DNA of 64,000 nt, taken from Felis catus (taxonomy: Eukaryota). The stretch spans positions 80,042,001 through 80,106,000 of the forward strand of contig NC_058372.1 of assembly GCF_018350175.1 (NCBI RefSeq), in the 5' to 3' direction. The position numbers and the translations under genes are program-made. Below, one piece after another: positions 55,014-64,000 of the stretch; the stretch's first letter is position 1, and the number at the start of each line of letters is the position of its first letter. The notes beneath the pieces were generated by a model, which worked only from the letters and a program-made list of their open reading frames with translations, ran no database searches and was not told the origin of the DNA.

Positions 55014-55607
55014 AAACAATTTCCCTATCACATTAGATCAATTTCATTGTATAACAACATACAAGAATTAAACATACACTCATGGCTATAAAGTATAAAA
55101 ATGGCAATACTGAGTAGGCCATTAGAAGAAACTGCCTAAATCAGAAACCTGTAACTGGGTCTTCCAAATTTCTTGCACCTAATCTGGGTATTTTTCTCCT
55201 CTGAAAATTGACTCATTTAAAAGAAAACAAGTAGAAGGGGCCATTAAAATAATTTTTTAACGTTTGTATTCATGGTTTACCTATAATGTTTCCAATGGAA
55301 GACTACATACAGTGCACGAGGGCAGTCTTTCTCTCAAGGAAGTTTAGTGAGTGTTGAGAGGTGTGAAGGACATGCTTCAAATAGGAAGGTTCTCCATGAA
55401 ATGATCAAGATTGAGAGATTTTAGGAAGAGCTAGATACAGAACTGGTGTGTTTCAAGCCCTAAGTCAATCGTGGTTGGATTAGCTGGTTTCTGAATTATG
55501 TCCTCCCCTGCTTCCCTCCGTTATTAAAATATTACAAAATATTCTTTATACTAAAATCCTACACCTTGCTCCTCCTTCACAACGCTTAACTCTGTTACAA
55601 CAAACTA

Positions 55608-55945
55608 CAGCTGACCCTTGAACAACACAGGTCTGAAGTGTGTGAGCAGGTCCACTTATATGTGGGTATCTTACTGTATGGCACTGCATATATACTTTCT
55701 CTTCCTTATGATTTCCTTAACCTTTTCTTCTCTTTAGCTTACTTTGCTGTAAGGATACAGTATAAAATACATATAATATGCAAAATTGCTAATTATGTTA
55801 TCGGTAAAGGCTTCTGGTCAACAGTAGGCTATGAGTAACTAAGTTTTTGAGGAGTCAAAAGTTACACGGATTTTCAACTGTGCAGGGGCTTGGTGCTCCT
55901 ACCCCCCACCCCCACCCCGCTACCGCATTGTTCAAGGGCCAGGTG
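55608..55945. mobile_element. Tigger2-family (TcMar) MITE
   Basis: 18-bp TIRs cagctgacccttgaacaa / ttgttcaagggccaggtg (2 mismatches), TA TSD on both sides. Confidence 0.85.
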
Positions 55946-56192
55946 TAGTTAATTAGTATCTAATTCCTCCAGTGGTTATAAGCCTCATGAGTATGGGTTC
56001 AACACAAATTTCTGAATGGATAAATGGCTGAGTAACAAATTACATGAATGCCTAATCTCTCCAGCTCCTGCTTATAACTTTTCCTATGCAGCGTCCACTT
56101 TAAAAGATGGGTTCTGTGGCATGAAGCAAGTGGCTTGTGAATGCACACAGTAGAAAAGCGTTGTGTGGATAAAGATGAGAACTGCAGCTCAC

Positions 56193-56256
56193 CTGGACTG
56201 GCGTGCTGGGAGGGCTGCTGAGCAGCTGCAAACATGCTGGCTACAGACTCGAGAAA
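56193..56256 (-). CDS. MDN1: MDN1 exon FLESVASMFAAAQQPSQHASP(E)
   Basis: tag/GTGAG boundaries, 64 nt, phase 0 to 1. Confidence 0.93.
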
Positions 56257-57139
56257 CTAGACCAGAACCAGAGACAGGCCATTAGAAAACCACGAAAACC
56301 CTTCCCTCTGTCACAGAGATTGAAATTACTTTTGACACTCAGGAGATTATCAAAATAACCATCTCAGATCTCTAGGCAATCAAACGGTCCCTCCCCGCCC
56401 CCCGTCCAAAGGGGATGATGATCCTTGCAGTGCTAGCATGTACCCCTGGGCACTGGCATTCTCCAGCACGGACATGCGTCTCTGGCACACACATCACTAG
56501 TGTTCTGTAACACACCCTAGAGGAAAAGAAATACTTCCCCTGGGGGGTGAAGACAAGACATCAGTAACTCCCCCAAATGAACAGAACAGCTGTCGTCTTT
56601 CAGAAGAAAATAGCTGAGCAGAAAAGGGCAAGAAAACATAAAATGTCTAGTGCAACATAAAGAAAGTAGGCTAGATGAGGGCAAAAATGAAGAGGACAAA
56701 ATCATTATCCTGGGCTGTGTTTTGAACTTGTATCATCCTGAGCAAGTCATTGGCTCTATTTTACATCATTTCTTCTCTAGGTCAAATGGGGGAGAGAAAT
56801 TGGCCCGGTTAAGGGTACGGAGAGACAGTTTATTCCTACAAAAGTTCCAGATCTCTCAAAGAGTAGGGAGCCTGAAAATTAGTGATGTAAAGTCAGAAAC
56901 CCTTGAGGAACTCAGAAAAAGAGTTCACACCCTGTTTGTTAATGGATGCCAGGGAAGTTTCTATTCCAGTGGTGCATGGCCTGAGGTTTAGAACTGAACC
57001 ACCCTGGCATCCCGAAATTGTTTCCTCGAAATTTTTACCCGTCCTAACACCATACTGGGGAGGAGGGAGTGCTAAAAATTATGTCTCTCCCACACCTGCT
57101 GAAGAATGGCTGTTCAGAGGACATGTGATACAAGCATAC

Positions 57140-57254
57140 CTGAGCAATCTTGGTTTTCTTTTGCTGGAATTTGCAGAGCCGCAGAATCTGGGAACCCGAG
57201 GAATCACTGAACTGCTCGTGGAATGGGTGTAATAGCTTTACGGACTCTCCAAAA
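57140..57254 (-). CDS. MDN1: MDN1 exon (S)FGESVKLLHPFHEQFSDSSGSQILRLCKFQQKKTKIAQ
   Basis: tag/GTATG boundaries, 115 nt, phase 2 to 0. Confidence 0.95.
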
Positions 57255-57347
57255 CTACGGATAGAAAAAACAAATGCAGTGTTTTTTGTGTGATCAACGT
57301 AACAAAAGGAAGTTGATTTTCCCACTGGGATTAAAAAGCACCCTTAC

Positions 57348-57421
57348 CTGCACACAGCAATCTGACCCACTTCCAGGAGGGTTAGAGCATTTCCAATCAC
57401 AGCCAAAGATTCAAATGCCAG
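57348..57421 (-). CDS. MDN1: MDN1 exon LAFESLAVIGNALTLLEVGQIAVC(S)
   Basis: tag/GTAAG boundaries, 74 nt; followed by a 93-nt intron. Confidence 0.95.
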
Positions 57422-58159
57422 CTATGAAATAAGAAGGTTAAGGGTTGAAGGAATCAGAATATCCTCTAGATCAGTGCCTCTCAACTTTTTTTATACCAAG
57501 AGTCTCAGAGAAAATGTTATTTTTGCATGGCATACAGGGAATGTCAACATGGCTATTCATAATCAACCCAGAGGCCATGGTGGCCTCAGACCCTGGCTAA
57601 TCCCACAAATCCTGAAACCCAGAGTCCATTACATCAGTAGCAAAGGTCTGCTCTAGGCATCTAATAAAAGTGATCTTAAGAGATATGGTCCATAAAATTT
57701 TCAGAATTTTACCCTTTTAGGGGGGTGAGGGAACTACATAAAAAGTAATCTCAGATAGGCAAAAAATTTTAAAAACCAGTTTATTTTATTAACCCATAAA
57801 TAAATGACAGCCTGGTCTTAGAATTTAAATTTCATTAAAAAGATGATGCTACTTAGAGCAACTAACATCTACTGAATACATACCAAGTGCTAGGCATTAA
57901 ACACAGTACATACTTCATTTAGTTTTCACAACTCTGGGGGAGGTAGATACTGTTACAATCCTCATTGTTCAGAAGATGAAACTGACATGTTAAGAAGTAA
58001 ATAAATTGCCCAATATCATATGGCAGTAAGTGAGGAGCTTGGACCTGAACCTAGGTTCAGAGGTCACATTTTTGTTTACAGCAGAGCACAAGTATGGATT
58101 TAGGTTGCTCGTTGGTTCATACTGGGTAATAGCATCACTGCAAAAAACATCACTCTTCC

Positions 58160-58350
58160 AGGTGCCTGGATGGCTCAGTTGGTTAAGTGACTGACTCTTG
58201 ATATCGGCTCAGGTTATGATCTCACAGTGGTAAGACTGAGTCCACTGTCAGCATGGAGCCTGATTGGGATTCTCTCTCTCCCTCTTTATCTGCACCTCCT
58301 GTGCTTGCGCTCTCTCTCTCTCAAAATAAATATATAAACTTTAAAACAAA
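58160..58350 (+). mobile_element. Can-SINE with TSD core catcactcttc
   Basis: head, CT tract and tail present. Confidence 0.87.
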
Positions 58351-58625
58351 AACACATCACTCTTCTGTGTCCATAATGATGGTATCATAAGTAATTAATT
58401 CTATTCAGGCTCTTAAGCTTTGTGAATACTATTAGAGCACTAACTAATTTCAGACTTAAAGAGATGTACACGAAACACTTTTTAAAAATCAATGATATTC
58501 AAATACGTTGTACAAGGCCTTAAAAAAACAGTTTACCAGTACAGTGTGTTTTGTGGAAAATAAATACTGTCAGAGTTACTCTTCTACAGCTAGACGGGAG
58601 CACAGCAAGGCTAAAAAACAATTTC

Positions 58626-58836
58626 GGGATGCCTGGGTGGTTCAGTTGGTTAAGCATCTGACTCTTGATTTTGGCTCAGGTCATGATCTCACTGTTGGTG
58701 AAATCAACCCCCACGTTGGGCTCTGCTGACAGCGGGCGGCCTGCCTGAGATTCTCTCTCTCTTTCTCTCTGCCCCTGCCCCGCTCGAGCTCTTTCTCTCT
58801 CTCAAAATAAATAAATGTTAAAAAAAAAATTTTTTA
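58626..58836 (+). mobile_element. Can-SINE
   Basis: full body. Confidence 0.87.
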
Positions 58837-59057
58837 AGGTCTCTAACAGTAAGGGACCAATTATTTGAGACATCCTAAAACTGCCCTTTTGAACTCGTTT
58901 TAAAATTTTAGGTCCTCTCAAACATAGTAGCACATTCTCAGAACAGTAATTGGTATTTCAAAGTGCTTTTTGCCAGATTATATTTAAAACTTTTAGGTGG
59001 CCATAGAGCATGGCTTGGCATTAATTTCTCATTAAATTAGCACCTGTGTTTCCTTAC

Positions 59058-59232
59058 CTGTTTGGTATGGTTGTCTACCATGCTAGAAGAGTCATCAATG
59101 GCCAAACAAATCTGATACTGGCGTTTACTGGGCTTGGTCCTTCGAAGCCAAATCTTGTCTTTCCGAAATTGACTAGCAATGTATGGAATGACCTTCCGCA
59201 TGTTCAGCCGCTTCCCAGTTCGATAGTCTCCT
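59058..59232 (-). CDS. MDN1: MDN1 exon (K)GDYRTGKRLNMRKVIPYIASQFRKDKIWLRRTKPSKRQYQICLAIDDSSSMVDNHTKQ (MIDAS DxSxS)
   Basis: tag/GTAAG boundaries, 175 nt; DDSSS metal-binding motif. Confidence 0.97.
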
Positions 59233-59821
59233 CTATTAAATTTACCCAAATGGGGCAAAGATTAGTTAACAATTGTTCATCCTCCAAAAATTTTTTTAAA
59301 GAATAAGATCACATTATAATACCTTTTAACCAGTAACCTGACACACTCAAATGTCATCATCAACTGAGAAAGGAGGGCAGCCAGAAAAACTGGTTATATA
59401 TGTGTCAATAATCAGGCCCTTCCACGAAAGCTGCAACAAGTTTTAAAAAATTAGAAAAAGAACGTTTGCACTGATGAAGTCTTTGACTCTTTTCTAATCT
59501 GAAACTATGAGTTTGGATAAACCTTTGCGAAGATCTAGGTGAGTAACACATGCAGCAAGCCCATACACCCACCCAAAGGCTCCACCCACCAATTTTCTCA
59601 TCAGAGGCTAATGAATCAAAGGAACTGCACTCGTACCAAACTTCACAGACACTTCAGTTTTTAGAGAGAACATGAAAAAAGGTATGGAATAACATATCCA
59701 CGCAGCATAAATGGCAACCTAGAAGCCAGCACTTTAAGTGGTTAGGGGCTGAGCTCAATAGAAAAGGTGACACGGCCATCTTTTCAGGGCACCGTGGGCG
59801 TGCTTAGTGGAGAAGACTTAC

Positions 59822-59937
59822 TTCAGCTTGGCGGCCTGGGTAGGCTCTAATATGAGACGAAGCTGTTCACACAACTGTTGTGAAAGAGGCGCAGTTACGG
59901 CCAGGTAACTCTGCCACATCTCCACTGCAGCCTTCTC
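59822..59937 (-). CDS. MDN1: MDN1 exon EKAAVEMWQSYLAVTAPLSQQLCEQLRLILEPTQAAKL(K)
   Basis: cag/GTAAG boundaries, 116 nt. Confidence 0.96.
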
Positions 59938-60846
59938 CTGTGACAACGACATAGAAGTGACTCTTACAACGTCAGAGCCAGCCAAGTCATTTACAGCAAG
60001 AAGACACTTGAAACAGAGTAGCAGAAAATGACCCGCGTGAACTCTGTCAACAGAAGCCAACTGGGCAGGCTGCCCTCTAGTCCACATCCTAAAAATGTCT
60101 CATCTTCTACCAAAACCACAACTCACAGTTCCGAATGAGAAAGGGTGAAACAACAAGGCAGAAAATATTGGATTGCATGACCAAATCAACAACTAATTCT
60201 CATCACCTACAAAGAGGATAAACTGCACATTCTGTATGGGTGGGGAGCTGTGAGTGGGTACTTTTGGTGCCAGCAGATCCAGCCACTTAATCGTGGGCTC
60301 TCAGGGTCAAGTTTCAAAAGCAAAAATGATGAGTGCCAATCTCAACAGTGTGCTTCTTTCCCAGACACAAAGCTCCAAGTATGACAGAGCCCTCATACAG
60401 GTGTGTAGTAGGAATGATGATTATAGGCACAAAATACAAACATGGATAATACAGTAAATTCAGGATGCAAACTCATTAAAAATGAAGCTTCTGTTTAAGC
60501 TATGCTGCCACATTAAGTCAGCCAGCAATATCCCAGGTGGCCTACTGTGAGGATGACACATTTTGCCTCATTTCACAACCAATGTCATATCTGTTATAAC
60601 TCATAGAGCTAGCAAGAGAAATCAAAGGAAATAAACACATCAGCTTTTCTGTGGTTTAATTAAACTACATGTCTAGTGGCAAAGTAGGCAGAAAGCACTG
60701 GAAAGACTTAGGCTTCAGACTGTAATTACAGTCTTCATATACTCAGTCCCTTTTACAAAAGTAATTGGTGCTAAGAACCTGTTAAGCTTGCTGTAACTTA
60801 AAAAAAAAGAAAATCAAGATATCTTATGAAAAGACTGGTGACTTAC

Positions 60847-60936
60847 TTCTTCTGGGTTTCCAGATTCGTGTGGATGCCATGTTTCCAGCTGCCTCTCCAG
60901 CTCCTGTCTTAGCTCACTGACATCTTTTAAAAAGGG
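60847..60936 (-). CDS. MDN1: MDN1 exon PFLKDVSELRQELERQLETWHPHESGNPEE
   Basis: tag/GTAAG boundaries, 90 nt; translated by hand. Confidence 0.94.
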
Positions 60937-61656
60937 CTAAGAAGAAAAAGCCACAGATAAGAGGCAGCCTAGATTGAAATCACCAACTCATTATATCACT
61001 GGCTGCCTTCTTCCCAGTAGTATGAACTACAAATACATGCCCCTGAGACACAAAGCGTAAGCAAATTTGATGGCACAATAAGATGCCAGACAACTATTCT
61101 TCTACTTCCCTTTGTGTAGAGACAAGATAAAGGAAGTTTTACCATTTAGAAGAAATCTATCCAGCAAAATAAAAACAAAAACTCCACAAAATTATCAATA
61201 TCAAAATGTTCTCTGAATAATCTAGACTGCTATTAAGTCGAACGACTCGGGAAAACAACTCCATTAAATCTGCTTTTCCTAAATGCAGGCATTAAGCCAA
61301 ATATTCTTGCTACTTCGTCAACATGAACCGAATTGTTACCTACAGCTCCTCACATAAGGATGCTGAACATGGGAAGAGCAGATCTAGATCTGCGAGCCTG
61401 AGGCTGGAGAACCAGACACACCATCACAGCCAGGTTGGGGCAGACCACCCACTCTGACCCTGGGACCAACTGCCGGAACGGTGTCATCTGTTTAGAGAAG
61501 TGGTCATACCAACTGGTTTCCTAAACACTTTGATAAGGATGAGATGCCCCCAAACAACCAGATATTCCATGAAGTTCTAAAGACAAAAATTTTAAACCAG
61601 TTTATAATTACATTTTGTTAACTTCTCACAGCAATAATTTGTGAAAATTTTAGCAC

Positions 61657-61820
61657 CTGGAAAACTGTGTCCACAAGGAACTGATGGGCTGTGTGAATGG
61701 TCGAATCTTGGCTTCTCTCTGGTTTCATATCCTCTGTCTCCCCATGGGATATGTCAGTCCTGGGATCTTGGTCTTCTTCTGTTCTAACAGTGTGGGTCTC
61801 CATGTCCACCTCATCATAGC
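61657..61820 (-). CDS. MDN1: MDN1 exon (G)YDEVDMETHTVRTEEDQDP...HQFLVDTVFQ
   Basis: tag/GTGC boundaries, 164 nt, phase 1 to 0. Confidence 0.93.
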
Positions 61821-62135
61821 CTATTTGCATACAAGGACACTGTTTTACTTACTCTGATATTACACACAGACTGAGCCTCCAAGATTGCCTGCCAATCTTA
61901 ACGATTACTCACACTTCACTCCTTCACTCCCCAGCACGTTTCCCCATACAAGTTCCACATGTTCTTTCTCTTGGGGATATTCACTGCCAATTCTTACTCC
62001 CTTGACCTTCTCTCCTCCCCACCGTGAGGTCGAAGGCGGCTCTTCTGGGAGGGAGGGGAATAGGGGAGACTGCACTGTGTAGTGTGTGACTCTTTAAAAT
62101 ACATGCACGTAGAACTTTGATGAAAATAAAAACTA

Positions 62136-62682
62136 GGGATGCCTGGGTGGCTGAGTCCGTTAGGCATCCAACTCTTGATTTCGGCTTAGGTTGTAATCTC
62201 ATGGTTTATGCGATCCAGCCTCCCGCTGGGCTCTGCATTGAGCGTTGAGACTGCTTGGGATTCTCTCTCTCCCTCTCTGCCCCTCTCCCCAACCTGCATG
62301 CACGTGCTCTCTCAAATTAAAAAAAATAAATAGGGGTGCCTGGGTGGCTCAGTCAGTTGAGCATCCTACTTCAGCTCAGGTCATGATCTCGGAGTCAGTG
62401 AGTTCGAGCCCCACATCGGGGCTCAAAGCCTGGAGCCTGCTTCAGATTCTGTGTCTCCCTCTCTCTTTGCTCCTCCCCCACTCACGCTCTGTGTTTCTCG
62501 GTCTCTGTCTCTGTCATGATCTCGCAGTCAGTGAGTTCGAGCCCCCCATCCAGCTCAGAGCCTGGAGCCTCCTTCAGATTCTGGGTCTCCCTCTCTCTCT
62601 GCTCCTCCCCCACTCACACTCTTTCTCTCTCAAAGATAAATAAATGTTAAAAAGATAAATAAAATAAAAATAAATAAATAAA
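62136..62682 (+). mobile_element. compound SINE array: older SINE 62136-62332, then SINEC_Fc from 62333 with an internal tandem duplication
   Basis: tcatgatctc...CT unit occurs twice (62381, 62514). Confidence 0.85.
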
Positions 62683-63435
62683 TCCTAGTTCCATTTTACA
62701 GATGAGAAAACTGAGGTAAAGAAAATATGGATAATATGCCTCAGCCTATAATGTGAGTAAGAGGCAAAGTCTGGATTTTGAGTTTTCATCAGAGCTATGC
62801 CATTCCCACTGTCATATAATGGCACAGTCAATGCTTCTAAAACCTCTGAGAGGACAGGAAAGAGGGGAAAAAAGGCGTTTCAATTTGCAAGTTGTTTTGA
62901 ATGTGTATTTATTCCACTGCTGATAAAGTTATTTTTTAATGTGTTAAATGCATGTCTTTTTTATTTTTTAAATAAATTATCCAGTAATAACACTTGGTCA
63001 ACTATGAAATGGAACTATATGTAAGAAGTTTGGTTACTTTTACATATGCATTTTCCCCACTCTATTTCTCTAAATATTTTACTGCATTTTATGCTAAAAT
63101 TGAGTATTTTCATATAATTGAAAACATCTAATAATCAAAAGTGTCTTCCTATCATAACTGGAGCAAGTGTCCTATTTTTTTTCTTCTACATATTTAAAGA
63201 AGAGTGATGGCATTTGCCTAGAACTCAGGCTTTTGAGGTCTCCTTGCAGGACAGTGTCTCCAATGTCACTCCTCCACCTTCTGACTCCTAGGTGAGATAG
63301 AGTGGAATTTTCATAGGCAAATGAACACCTACACTATGGGTCAGGATGTAGACAGAACCACCAGATCAGATGGTACCACACGAAAGTGACTACTGTAAGC
63401 GAACGTAGGAGGGATTTGTTCACCGTAGGACCCAC

Positions 63436-63600
63436 CGGGGCTCACTGTGGTCCCAGACTTGATCTCCTCTGGCTTCAGCTGCTCTGCGTCTGCTGCTTGG
63501 AGCTCTTCCTCCTCTGTGTCCATGAAAGTGTCCTCCATCTCCTCCTCCTGATCCCTGCTGGAATCTTTTGCAGACTGTTGCTGCTCCTTGCTGGCCACAT
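63436..63600 (-). CDS. MDN1: MDN1 exon (D)VASKEQQQSAKDSSRDQEEEMEDTF...KSGTTVSP(G), D/E-rich region; gene continues beyond the window
   Basis: cag/GTGGGT boundaries, 165 nt, phases consistent with the next exon. Confidence 0.92.
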
Positions 63601-64000
63601 CTGCCAATAAAGCATACAAACACATAGAACATGTGTGGGTGTGGTTTCTCACTTTTCACTTCTGAGATCTTACTAATGCTGTTCTCCTGCTGACCAACTA
63701 TATGGCATGAACACAGTGCTTGGCTTGTCTGTGATGCCCTACTGACCTATTGATGTAACTGCCTATTCTCTACCACAAAAGTAGGATGCTTAGCTAGGTT
63801 TTTACTGCTATTACAAGAGACCGAACCAGAATAAACAGGGAGGACACATGACTCAGAGCAACTAATGGAATTATCCTCCTTTACCAAGTTATGAGTGGAG
63901 ATATTGTAATGAGTAAGAGTATAACACAGGACACAGAAAGACCAACGCTGAAGACAAGCACTGTGATCTTGGACAAGTTCTTAAATTTGTCTGGCCTCAG

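Noticed and set aside
60405-60430. ATGATGA box-C-like motif suggesting a snoRNA
   Set aside because: Wrong strand for the MDN1 host; no matching D box or terminal stem seen

Overview
Mammalian genomic DNA, most likely a felid (inferred from abundant cat-type SINEC_Fc elements). It carries the conserved ANKRD6 / LYRM2 / MDN1 locus. ANKRD6 (diversin) is on +: 13 coding exons are visible from 5694 to the stop at 40754 (652 aa). The start-codon exon lies upstream of the window, and one expected 105-nt exon is not visible and probably sits in the N-gap at 27570-27701. LYRM2 is complete on - (3 exons, 88 aa, CpG-rich promoter near 48.0-48.45 kb), tail-to-tail with ANKRD6. The last 10 exons of MDN1 (midasin, ending in the MIDAS domain) are on - from 63600 to 53237. 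Introns hold about 25 Can-SINEs (many with exact TSDs), MIRs, hAT/Tigger MITEs and L1 fragments. The most interesting unexplained signals are a 98-codon ORF in an ANKRD6 intron that ends at an in-frame splice donor (candidate alternative N-terminus with a basic NLS-like patch), and an L1 whose extreme 5' end appears fused directly to mid-ORF2. Gene and repeat names rest on recognition from memory, not on database searches.
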